From Cenococcum geophilum (taxonomy: Eukaryota), in contig CP158635.1 in assembly GCA_050273025.1 (NCBI GenBank), forward strand, positions 6,076,001-6,140,000: DNA of 64,000 nucleotides, given 5' to 3'. Positions 52,301 through 64,000 of this stretch are shown piece after piece. The position numbers were made by a program, and so were the translations under genes. The notes beneath the pieces are model-generated. The model searched no databases and was not told the DNA's origin. It saw only the letters and a list, made by a program, of their open reading frames with translations. The stretch's first letter is position 1. Every line of letters begins with the position of its first letter.

Positions 52301-55300
52301 TTTTATAGACTACTATTAGGATAACTAGTTGGAATTACTGCCTATAATAGACTATGCATAGCTTATACTCCCCTCTAATAGTATAGGGATATTACTATTT
52401 AAACTGCTCTACGGGTATATACCACAAACGTCCTTTAATTAGGATAGGCCTACTAAACCCACTACGGCCCGCGAACGCCTTAGTTGTAAAGAGGCCTAGG
52501 TATTTACTAAGAGAATATACGGAGCCTAGGAGACTGCTTAAATAATTATAAAAAATGTATAAGAGAAGAAGGAGTCTAATATAAATTAATATTGTTATAA
52601 GGTAGACTTCTAAGTAGGAGATAAGATATAAGTGCTAATAAAGAACTAGAAAACCTAGAGGCTAAGCTATAAGCTAGACTATTAAATAGCTAGCCTATAT
52701 AAGATTCTTTAAAAGGTAGAGCACTCTTTTAAGGTTAAGTTACCAGAATCAATAAAGATCTACCCTATTTTCTCCCTAGACCGGCTATAAAAGGCTATAG
52801 ATAATCTACTACTTAGGTAGTATAACGACCCCCTACCACTAATCCAGATTATAAAAGATAAGGAATAGGACGTTAAAGAAATCCTAGTAGTTAAAAAGGA
52901 CTATAATATCTTAAAATACTATATAAGCTAGATAGGCCACTATAACGGTATTAGAGTGCGTTACCTGTTATATTGTCATATACTATCTAGCACTGTATTA
53001 TACTATCTGTTATTGTTTTCTACTATTAGCTTACCTACCACTAGCGACTTGGCGACTTAGCGACTCGCGCTACTTATTTATTTACACTAGCCCTAGCGAC
53101 CCCCTCTCCTTCTCCTTAGCTTAGTATTTTTATTAGATAGTAATTTACAAGGTTTAGTTTAGAGGTATTTATACGAGCCGTTATATTATACTAAGCTCTC
53201 CCTACATTGCCTAGGAAGGCCTTAATAATATCCTACCCTAAAAAAAGACCCTTATCTATAACGATATATTAATGCGTTATACTCAGACACTAAAGTTACT
53301 CTATATTGCCTAGAAAGGCCTTAATAATATCTCACTTTATAAGCTAGATAGGACTAGACCTATACCCCTAGAATTGAAACCGAAGTATATAATACCTTTT
53401 TAGTTAAACTACTAAGGAAGCTAATAATGGTACCTAAAGCTAGCTTATCTAAGAGAGCTGCCTTTACCTAAGAGGAACTGAGATCCAATTGGGATTAAAA
53501 ATTAAAGATAATAATAACGTTATAGACATACGTGAGTAGATCCGTGCCCTTACAGCTAGCTAAAAAGCCAATTATCTTAAGGTAAGAAATATATAAAAGA
53601 CCCTATAAGAGATTCTAAAAAGCCTTACAGCCCTAGCTAATATATTTACTTAACTAAATATAATATACTAGGGAGTATAGATATGATTATAAAGTAATTA
53701 AAGTCCGTTAAGCTCCCTAACCCCTAACTACTATCTAATAGAATAGACCCTACCTTTAAGAATTAGAGGATTTAAGTACGAGGAAAGCTCCGCATTAACT
53801 ATAACTATTTCCTTTCTAAAGAAGCTAAAATACTCTACCTCTTTAGTTAAATTACTAGGGACGCCTAACGGCATCTTTAAGCCAAGTTTAAGGACAAGTC
53901 CCCTATCTAATTTATATCTATTAATAAGATAATACAGCACCTAGCGGCTATTTATATTAACCTAAATAAAGTATAGGATGCCCGGTATAACTATAATCGC
54001 CTAATAATAAAACTAAACTAAACCTTTACCAAATTCTAGACTTAATTTCTATATCTTATAAGAGAAGGCTAGGTCCCCCTTAAGAACTACTAATTAGATT
54101 TATATAATAAGCTAATAATCTAGCTATAAGAGAAGATCGCTATAACCTTAAACAACCTGCTAACCTATAATAAACTTATAACTTATTGCCTATTATTAGA
54201 TTTAGAACTAAAGCGAATTAATACCTACTCTAATTAGCAGAAGCAACCCTATAATAATTAAAACTTATTAGCTATATATATAGGAGCTAAAGTAGGAAGA
54301 TAAGCTATAACCGCTTTTATGCTAAAAGCGGTTATATTTACGCACTAGTGAGCCTTGCCTAACTAGCTATATACTATACCCCTAACTAGTACTTATCGCA
54401 ATATCCTAATTAACCCTACCTTGGTTACGTGCTATAGCTATAATAAGAAGGATTACTTTGCTTTATCTTGCCTAGAGCTAAAGGATATAGGCGATATTAA
54501 GGAGATAGAGGAAGAAGAAATGTCCGATAAGTTAGAAAAAGAAGAACTCTAGGGAAAGACTTCCCCCTACGGTACCCTATTAATCTTAAAAAGATTAATC
54601 TAAGTTAGTTAATAGGTGGGAAATACTTTATAGTTCTATATATAGTATCTTAAAATAGATATAGAGTTAATATAACCGCCTTTATTAACACTAGAGTAAA
54701 TAGCTTTGCCTTTATAAATACTGCCTATATAATTAATGTTGCTAAGTTTCTAAATATAAAAGCCACTCTATTAGAGAAGCCTATCTAGGTAAAAGGCTAT
54801 AATAGCTAAGTAGGTTAACCGGTTACCTATATCTTAAAGTTATATATTTCTCCTAATAGATAACACTAATACGGTATCCCGTTTTATATCCTAGACCTAA
54901 GGTCCTATAATATAATCCTTAGCCAAAAATAGATATCCTACTTTAATATTTAGCTAAATATGCGGTAAGGATAGTTTATCTAGCCGGAGGATAGACTAAA
55001 GATACTCTTCTTTATTAGAGAAATATAAACTAACTATAAAACACTAGCTATAAAGGCTAACCCTACTTACTAATAGAATGTCTAGGCCTATAACTTAGCC
55101 TTTACCTAAGAAGACGCCTACCATAAAGCTAGAAAGAACTCTATATCGATAAAAATACTCTTCTAAAGTACTATATTTAAAGAGGACTCTATATATAGTA
55201 GCGAGATAGATAGTAATATAGATAACGTCTAAATCGCGTAGATCTAACTAGTATAGAAAAGTACGTATTAATAGGATATAAGGGATAACTTTTAAAAGAT

Positions 55301-56117
55301 GCAATAGGAGCTAAAAGGAGTAATAATAACGCTAATATCTTAAAAGCCCCTAAGGTTATATACGCCCCTATTGTTATATAACCCCCTTATAGTAGATATT
55401 GCTATAATTAATGCTATAGCGTTCTACTTTAATATATACTAGAAAGATAATAAGGTCTTTATAATAAGCCTATATAAGATTAACCAAATTATTAATAATA
55501 GGGAAGAAAGGCTAGCTAAGGAAACTAACAAGGAACTAGTTAAACGCCTTTTCCCTACTATCTATATAAATTATAAGGAGGCATTCTCTAAAGCGGCCTT
55601 AGATAGGTTACCCCCTTACTAAATATATAATTATAAGATTTAATTAAAAGCCAATAACTTACTAGGCTATAGCCCCCTTTACTAATAATTAATAGATAAG
55701 CTAAAAGTAATAAAGTAGTACTTAATTAATAACCTAAATAAAGGGGTTATTAAGCTAAGTTAAGCCCCTTTTACTTCCCCTATTTTATTTATAAAAAAGC
55801 TTAATAAAGGCCTTTATTTTTATACTAACTATTAAAAGCTAAACACTATTACTTAAAAGAATTAGTATTCTATTCCTTTAATTAATAAAACCCTTATATA
55901 TTTAAGCCGGGTAAAGATCTTTACCAAACTTAATATCTGCTAAGCTTTCTACCAAATTAGGATAGACCTTATATTTAAAGATTTAATAATATTCCGTACC
56001 TATTATAGGTTCTATAAATATAAAGTTCTTCCTTTTAGACTAATAAATAGACTGGCTATATATTAAAGGTTTATAAATAACGTTCTTTTTAATTACCTTA
56101 ATAAATTCTATACGGTA

Positions 56118-57951
56118 ACGTGTTCCACCACTTATCCGGCCACCCTAGTCATCCGGCTACCCCACCAACACTAAAACGCGTCTTCGTACCAAAACAATAA
56201 TGCTATCAATTTGAAAGTCCAAATCACCCCAGGGGGAGGGTAGACTACTTCTTGCTAAACAAACCATTCAAAATAATAGAATTTTAAGTATTCGTAGGGC
56301 TGCAACGCTATATAATATCCCTCGAACTACCCTATAAGATCGTCTTAATAGAGCAACACAACGGAGTGTGTCTAATTCATAAAAACAAAAGCTAAAGCCA
56401 TCCGAATAGCAGGCTTTAGTTAAATAGATCCTAAGCTTAGATTAACAAGGATTTCTACCCTAGATTATTGATGTACGAAGAATAGCAGACTCTTTACTTG
56501 CGGCGCGCGGCTATAATCCTCCACCTTAACCAGTTAGTAAAAACTGGGTATCTTACTTTATTAACCACTAGCCTAAGCTAAAAACGAAATAAAATTAAAA
56601 GTTTTATTCGCAATGTGCCAAATGCAAGGATCTAGATACGATTAACGCGTGGTTTAAGCACGTTTAAGAGACGCGTCAGTTGTACGATATTCTCGACGAT
56701 GATACCTACAATTTTAATAAGACGGGATTTATAATGGGCGTAATTGCGACATCTAAAGTAGTTATAAGCTCCGATATAATTGGCCGAGCAATTATTATAT
56801 AACCAGGAAACCAGGAGTGGACAACGGCGATTGAGGGAATTAACGCCTTTGGCTGGGCGATTCTACCGTTTATTATCCTTGTAGGAAAGGTCTACTAGTT
56901 AAACTAGTATTGAGGTCTACCAGCTAATTGGGTAATCGCTATAAGCGATAATGGCTAGACAACAGATTAGCTCGGATTTAAATGGATTAAGCACTTTAAT
57001 ACACACACAGAATCTTGTACGAAAGGAACCTACCATCTACTTATCCTTAACGGTCACGGAAGCCACGCAACGCCCGAATTTGACTAATACTATATAGCAA
57101 ATAATATTATTACACTCTGCATGCCTCCGCATATATTATATCTTCTTTAGCCGCTTAATATAAGCTGCTTCTCTCCGCTAAAGCGCTTGTACGGTTAGGA
57201 GGTTTAGGAAATTATCCGCTAAGGAATCCATTATATTAACAAAGAGGACTTTCTCGCGATATATTTAAAAGTGCGACCATTAGTCTTTACGGATCAAAAC
57301 ATTAAAAGTGGATTCTAAGCTACGGGGCTTATACCGTACGACCCACAACGCGTCTTATCGTCACTTACTGTTACTAAGACATCCTCTCCACTAGGTACAG
57401 CCAACGGATAAGCACCTCCATGGACGTCAGAAATACTATATAGTCTAGCCCAGCTAGAGCAGCAGGCTTAACTTATACAAGGTCTTATCTAGCGTTAATC
57501 GCAAAGCCTAATAAGTCAAGCAGTTAATTAACTTATTAAGGGATGTCAGATGGCGATATATTTAGCTGTTATACTTGCAAAGGAGAATTTAGAGCTTTAT
57601 ACGGCTAATTAACGTTAAAAATAAAAACAATAATACCGTCAAAGGTATATTATATAGGGAGGCGTTCTATAGGCTTAGCAAGGGCAGTTCTTAGTTCAAG
57701 GAATAGAGAATAGGGAGGAAGAGGCTAGTTAACGGGAGGCTACAGCTATACGACAACGTGCACCACCAACGTGCAGTAATTGTCATATATAAGGCCATAC
57801 AACTCGTCAATGTTCTAAGATTCAAAGAGTAGTTAGATAGATCTTTTAATTAAATTTAAGGCGTTGTAGTGGAATAACTGTACGAAGACGCGTTTTGGTG
57901 TTGGTGGGGTGGCCGGATGACTGGGGTGGCCGGATGAGTGGTGGAACACGT
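56118..57951 (+). mobile_element. Fot1/pogo-type (Tc1-mariner superfamily) DNA transposon, 1.83 kb, RIP-inactivated
   Basis: 72-bp TIRs at 56118-56189 and 57880-57951 and a TA target duplication. Transposase relic: YNIPRTTL (HTH), YNFNKTGFIMG, GNQEWTTAIEGINA, LLILNGHGSH, MPPHILYLL*PLN and a C-terminal CSNCHI*GHTTRQC. Confidence 0.95.
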
Positions 57952-57971
57952 TATACCTAGACGACATTCTT

Positions 57972-59284
57972 TGTCACGGCACTGACCTGACGCGTTGTTA
58001 TGGCCCGTGTACGCGTATGCATGAGCACGGACCTAACCCCTGAGCGACACGTATATATACCGCCTCACCTCTATATATAGATCCTCACACGACATCGTTT
58101 GTCAATGATATACAGTCACCTCGTACCTCGTACCTTGACAGTCGGCACGTACTGTGATAGTATGTTGTGTTATCTTATACGCCCCTAGTAGGGCTTTGTT
58201 TCTATAGTTCCAAAGCTATAACTTTACCCCGGGCGGGATTCTTACCCTTGCTCCACGTTAATGCGACCCAGTAAAATCTCTGTTAAATCCATTCAAGCCG
58301 ATCTCCTCTTCTCCCTGTCTCTAACGAGCTGATATCCTACTGCTTTATATCCTGAGTTTTATAAGCTGGACTAGCGGGCCGTGGGCTACTGGTCGCGGAG
58401 TATGCCGTTCTATGCCTGCGGGAAGAATAGGAGCTGCTGGCTGCGGGTAGACAAGGACGCTAGGTGTTCCCCTGCGGGCTATATTCCTTATCTTAAAAGC
58501 TATAGGTTACCAATCTCTGTCTTTGTCTGCGAGTCTGTTTCTAGCCATACTTCTGCTTTACGTCCCGAGTTTCCAAGCCGGCTACAGGGAGACACCCTGC
58601 GGGCTATGTTCCTCGTGTTTTGATTACAGTGTAAGACTATGGGTTACGATCTTGTCTCCGTCTCCGTCTCCGTCTTCAAATTCGCATAGATAGTACTTTA
58701 AGTTTACCGCGACAAGAATCTATACGTTAACCTCGATCTCCGCACTCCGAGCCTGTTGAACCTATACATTAACCTCGATCTCCGTAACTTTGAGCCTTTC
58801 GAGAGTTAATATCCGCAATATGCCCCGCGGTTACATTTTTTTTCGTCTCCTTCGTTTTACCCCTTCGCCTTCGGCTTTATTTAGTGCTCGAGACGAGCAC
58901 TAGCGGAGAGCGATGTAGTAGGGATATAGGTAGGAGGGTCCGAGGACTGTAAGGACGAGGACCTTTAAGGACTGGAAGGACGAGAACCTTTAAGGACTGG
59001 AAGGATGAGGATATATATATCTTTTTTTTTTTGCTTCCGTATTTTTACTGCCGTTACTTGGCTCACAGGAGCTCGCCTTGTTAGGAAGGGATGTACTATC
59101 ACAGCACTGACCTAACGCGTTGTTATGGCTCGTGTACGCGTATGCATAAGCACGGACCTACCCCCTGAGCGACACATATATATACCGCCTCACCTCTATA
59201 CATAGATCCTCACACGATATCGTTTGTCAATGATATACAGTCACCTCGTACCTCGTACCTTGACAGTCGGCACGTACTGTGACA
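57972..59284 (+). mobile_element. TRIM-like non-coding miniature LTR retrotransposon (1313 bp)
   Basis: 188-bp LTRs at 57972-58159 and 59097-59284, TSD TTCTT (57967-57971 / 59285-59289) and purine tract AGGAAGGGA before the 3' LTR. The 937-bp interior has no recognisable gag or pol. Confidence 0.9.
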
Positions 59285-59877
59285 TTCTTATATACTTAAA
59301 TAACGAACTTAAGCACTAAGTTTATATTAAGAAGGTCCTAAAGAGATTACGAAACGTAGGCTTATAGGCCAATATTAAGAAATATAAATTTAGGGTAAAA
59401 TGTATAAAGTACTTCAGGTTTATTATAAGTATAAATAGGATTAAAGTTAACCCTAAAATGGTTAAAGTAATTTATAACTAAAAGCCCCCTTATATTATAA
59501 AGGGGATCTAGGTTTTCCTTAGTTTTTATAATTTTTATTACTAGTTTATCCATAACTATAGAGTTATAGTAAGGCCTTTTATATAACTTACCTAGAAAGA
59601 CACCTTTTATCTTTAATAATAACTATATAGAAGCCTTTAGAGAGTTTAAAAAAAACGGCTTATCTCCTCTCTAATTCTTTATTACTATAACCTAGACCTT
59701 AAGTTAATGCTAAAAATAGATGCTTCTAATAGAGTTATAGCGGGAATTCTATTATAGTTACACCCAGACAGTAAATAGTACCCTATTACCTTCTTAAAAA
59801 TAATAGACTTAGCTAAGTATAACTATAAAGTATATAATAAAGAAATGCTAGCTATTATTTAATTGCTATTTTAATAG

Positions 59878-61122
59878 TAATAATAATAATAATTTATTGC
59901 TTAACGTCCGATTCGGATCCCTATTAGGCCTACACGGACTACTCCTTATATATATATAGGGAGAAAACTCTATTTAAGAAAACCCCGTAATCCATCTCCC
60001 TGCCTTTTAGGACTTGCCTATAAGGCGCCTGCAAGGCGCCTACGAGTCACCTATAGTGCTCCTACTACCTTACTTTTTAACCTCCTTAGGAACCACTGCT
60101 ACTATAATAAGCCTATAGACGCGCTAGTATTATAAACTTTACTCTACTACTATAGAGTTATTAGGGGGCGCCCATTACTCGCCCCTCCGCCCTTTATTAC
60201 CATTTCCTTTATAACCTAAAACTGGTTTAGTATATTTTAGCTAATAAGCCACTAGGTAACCGCCTTAAGGCCTTTTTATATCGAGAGTAGTGTATTATAG
60301 TTTTCTATACCAGCTACTAAAAGTATTACTTCTTAGTTAGTATATAAGGGGCATAATAGTATTATATATTTTAGTGTCTATCTTAGCTAGCTATATTTAT
60401 ATCTTAGGCTACCTACTAGGATACCTACCTAGTAGAGCCAGTCTTTTAGTCCTATTATTCCTATTCTTAAGAGTATTACCATTATATTTTCTACCTTTGT
60501 TAGGCCTTCTTAAAGCCCTAGAGTATTTACCCCCTATAGCGTTAACTATGCTACGGCTTAGATTCCTCTTACCTTAGTTAGTTTCTATACCTTTAACTCC
60601 TATACGCCTCTCTAGCGTTAGTCTAGCTAGTATTATATTATAGTAGATAGTTTCCTAGCGTTCTTTTATACTCTACTTTAGCTTCTTTCTCTCTCTTACT
60701 ATTATCTTTACTAGCCTTTTACGCGTTTCCCTTTCTCCTCTATATGGGCCTAGGCCCTAAAGCAGCACTATTCTTCTTCTACTTTCTTTACCTATTTCTC
60801 TAATATATCTTCCCTACTTTAGGGTTATTAGTTTATTCTCCTATAGGGCGCCCTAGGGTCCCTCTATAGTTTATTTAGGCGTATCTTAATATACTTTATA
60901 ACATTAAAGTTACGTTTATTTTACGCCCTTTATATTACAGCGGCTTTAATATATAGTTATAGGGGGGGAATATTAGCTTCCCTCTTAAGTAGTGCTGTAG
61001 CCGTTCGCTTATATCCGCCTATTATACTTTAAAGGTAGGCTATTTAGACCTTTTAAAGTAGTTTAAGGATGTAATAAAGCCTTGTAGCAGGAACTACGGT
61101 AGACTTATTAATGGGCTGGGTA
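59878..61122 (-). mobile_element. LINE (Tad1-like) 3' portion inserted in the RNase H region of B2
   Basis: (TAA)n tail at 59878-59893. Minus-strand ORF2 C-terminal relics: SIIGGYKRTATALLKREA, *TLKYIILLCP (QTPKHV..CP zinc finger) and AVT*WLIS*NILNQF. Confidence 0.75.
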
Positions 61123-64000
61123 TGTAGGTAAATAAGAAGTCGACAACGTAATAATAACTAGTGGAGTAGTTGCCTAACAGATTAACTCTAATTGTATTCT
61201 AAGATTTACTATAAAGGAGAGAACTATCTAAGTAGGGACTGTGGTCCTTTAAATACACAACCGTACTCCTAAGAAATCCCCTTTATACGTAAGGTACGTG
61301 TTATACGTATTATACGTACGTTCCCTTTATACACTACGTACACTGTGTATAACATTATATGACCTTAGTTACCATTCCTTATTATATAGCTCTATTGGCT
61401 CTATTTTAAACCGTGTCTAAATTAACCAACTAGCTTCTTCTAACTCTTCTCTAAGTAGTTATAATATTGTACTTAAAGCGTCTGTAATACTATCTCCCTC
61501 CTCTCTATCTTCGTCCTTAAAGATTCTAAATATCTTTAAGTTATCTACTAGAGGTGTAATATCCATCTAATTAATTTAGTTAATATTGTTACTTATTATA
61601 CCTAAAGATTCTTCTTCTTCGTAAGCGCAACGTCGTGCTCGTACTATTGCTGTGATATTATCTCTTAGTAAGATTATGCTATCTCTATATTCTCGTTATT
61701 TAAAAGAGGGGTTAGTTTATATTACGTTGGTGAACCTATCTTTACGATAACCGTCCTCTTGCTTAAAGTACACTAAAGCGAATATTTATTCGTTCTATAA
61801 CGTTTACTTTATCTCTAATACTAAATATATATAGCCTATTACTCTTAATAGTCGTTTAGTTTCTTAGCTAATTTATCTTAAGGTCTTATATTTAATCTAC
61901 TACTACGCGGCTAGATAGTAAACTGTCTTAAGCCCTTATTAATCTAGAATATTTTTGTAATATAGAGCTAAAGGCCCTAAAGGCCTATATTGCGGCGTCT
62001 ACTTAGTTACTTTGTCTTAAGAAGGTTTATAAGAAGGTCTGTTTTAAAAAGTAAAAACTTATAAAATAAGGTTTATAGGAACTTAGCGATAAAAAAGTAG
62101 ATTCTCTTTTAGCTAAGAAGGAAATAGATCTAAGTAGTTTGGTAACTACTCTTCTTAGGTCCCCCTTAGGTAACTTATTTTTTAGTAATCCTTTTTTATT
62201 AATATTATCTTACCTAATCTCTTCTAATACTCCTATACCTTTCTTATAGTATTCTTTAAATTCTATAGTAGTTCCTAGGTAGTCTTAGTATAGCCTATCC
62301 ACTTAACCTTGTACTATATTTTATTGTTAATATCCTTATAACTAACGATCTTTAAAACTTACTATTTATCTTCTTCCTATCCTCTATATATGTCTACTTT
62401 ATAAACCAGTAGCTTAATATTCCTGTATACTAGCTCTAGCATTACAATATACTATATAGGGTAGATCTTTATTTTAGCTGGTAGGTTTAACTTAAACGTA
62501 ACCAGTAAAATTCTTTAGATAATTTTAAAAGGTCCTAGTCTAACATAGTCTAACTTCTTACTTAGTTATTAACTCTTAAAATTTTTGTATAGTAGCCACA
62601 CTTTATCTCCCTCTTTAATATCTGGTCCCTTAGATCTCTTAGCATTATAGTACTTTTTTATCCTCTCTTATACTTTCTTTATTAATTCTATAAGGTCTAT
62701 ATAAAGATTTATTAACGTCTTTATTCTTTCTTTAGCTATACTACTTATTTTCTTTACTTATTATAGTAATAATGATATTCTTAGCTTATATCCATAATTT
62801 GCCTTAAATAGTAATATACCTATTCCTTCTTATGGTGTTATATTATATATAAACTATATAACTAGTAATAGCGATACCCAATTATTCTATACATAATTGA
62901 TATAATGCCTTAAATACTGTTTTAGTGTCTAATTTAATCTTTTTATTTAACCGTCTATCTACGGATAATATGCGGTGGAAGTTACTGCCTAAACTCCTTA
63001 CTCTGCTAAAAATACTTTTTAAAATGCTGCTATAAATCTTAGATCTCTATCCGATATAATTTTACTTAGTGCTCTATATCTTATAAACACCTCCTTAATA
63101 TAGATTCTAGCGATATCCTCCGCTAAGATTTCTTTTATGCATGCTATAAAGTATCCCCACTTTATAAGCTTATCTACTATTACTAAAATTACGTTATAAT
63201 CTTATTTGGTAATAGGATCTCTTAACTTTAATAACTTAATAATAAAGTCCTATAATATGACCTTCTATAGTCTTTCTAGTATTTTAATAGGTTATAGCCC
63301 TCTATATAGCTTATGCCTTATTAATTTATTCCTTTAGTAATTTAGACACTCTTTTATTACTTTTCTTATAATATTTTAAATTTTGTTAATAATGTATTCT
63401 TTCTAAAGTCTTAATACTAAGCCTATCGCTCTATTATGTCCTTATATTATTCCCTTATAGAAATCTTCTATAAAATGCTCTACTATGCTTTTTAGGATAT
63501 ACTTTACTTCTTAATTTTCGTATATATCCATTTATAGATCTTCTAGCTATACCTTTAGAATTCTTTATACCTAAAAGCTCTTTAGTGTCTTATAGACTTT
63601 TTCTAGTTCGTTATCCTCTTAAGTTGCTATTAGCTTGGGGTGATTATATCTAATCTATCCGTCCTTATCTCTGCGTAGCATTACTCCTAATAGCTTTTTA
63701 TTATTCTATAGTTTAGCCTTTCTACTAAGTGCATCTACTCTTATGTTTTTAGTTCCCTTAGTATACTAAATCTTAAAATAGTATTTTATAAGCATCTCCA
63801 CCTATCTAACTTGTCTTTAATTAAGTTCTTTTATTATTAGGAACCCTATTAGGTTCTTATAATCTATCTTAACTATAAATAGTTTCTCTACGCCTTATAA
63901 GAATGCTCTCTATTTCTTAAGTGCTGTAATTATACCTAATAACTCCTTATTATAGACGTCATAGTTTAACTCTAGTGGTGTTATCTTCTGGCTATAGTAT
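61123..64000 (-). mobile_element. 3' half of Gypsy/chromovirus element G, apparently inserted into the LINE; continues beyond the window
   Basis: Minus-strand relics NIRVDALSRK (RNase H end), STAYYP*IDG (STAYHPQTDGQ integrase) and YKVKWIGYTKTT*EL (chromodomain). A putative LTR at 61123-61354 (TGT..ACA) is single-copy here, so its boundaries are unconfirmed. Confidence 0.75.

Larger units (their letters stand above)
30156..52940 (+). mobile_element. Gypsy/chromovirus element B, copy 1; interrupted by elements A, C and B2
   Basis: The 5' LTR start TATAACAGTACTAGAGTGCGTTACC at 30156 is homologous to 52941. The leader resumes at 38122, followed by gag (~38260-39420, zinc-knuckle relic), protease and RT to 40835. 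It resumes at 50512 with RT VYLDNIL, RNase H, integrase and a chromodomain relic cut at 52940. Confidence 0.85.
52941..59877 (+). mobile_element. Gypsy element B, copy 2, inserted into the chromodomain of B1; interrupted by Fot1/pogo, TRIM and LINE
   Basis: LTR, leader, gag and pol at 52941-56117 are colinear with 30156-30454 + 38122-40835 + 50512 onward. RT resumes at 57952-57971 and 59285-59877. Its 3' part presumably lies beyond the window. Confidence 0.85.
28820..64000. other. AT-rich, RIP-mutated nested transposon block
   Basis: Abrupt shift to TpA-rich, CpA/TpG-depleted sequence. TE frames are full of TAA/TAG stops where CAA/CAG/TGG are expected, and repeat copies differ mainly by C>T and G>A transitions. 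Confidence 0.95.

Noticed and set aside
30156..53330. Repeats at 30156 and 52941 as the paired LTRs of one intact element
   Set aside because: The second repeat interrupts the chromodomain, lacks a PPT and matching TSD, and is followed by another gag-pol.
57972..59284. TRIM as a retrozyme (hammerhead) or Cassandra (5S-bearing) element
   Set aside because: No CTGANGA..GAAA hammerhead core or 5S-like sequence was seen in the LTRs by eye; an Rfam scan would be decisive.
44641..60577. Short ORFs listed within the AT-rich block (e.g. 44641-44919, 53731-53940, 58381-58623, 60374-60577)
   Set aside because: Chance frames in or antisense to RIP-decayed TE sequence, mostly with Ile/Leu/Tyr/Lys-biased composition.

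Overview
Eukaryotic fungal DNA (Pezizomycotina-type short GT-AG introns; Dothideomycete-like by inference) in two sharply separated compartments. Positions 1 to ~28.8 kb are gene-rich: the 3' end of a RING-H2 gene, a GDP-mannose pyrophosphorylase (GMPPA-like), a 2OG-Fe(II) dioxygenase, a DUF1349 protein, the complex I 30 kDa subunit (NDUFS3), NOT4 with apparently two alternative C-termini, an ankyrin/RCC1/BTB protein, and ATG13. From ~28.8 kb to 64 kb lies an AT-rich, RIP-mutated block that resolves by LTR, TIR and TSD matching into about ten nested transposons up to five levels deep: Copia, Gypsy/chromovirus, a gag-only LTR element, a TRIM, a Fot1/pogo element and LINE fragments. The most notable hidden feature is a four-exon antisense gene with a Zn2Cys6-like cysteine pattern inside one Gypsy element, visible only after reversing RIP mutations. 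All family assignments come from motif recognition by eye; no searches were run.
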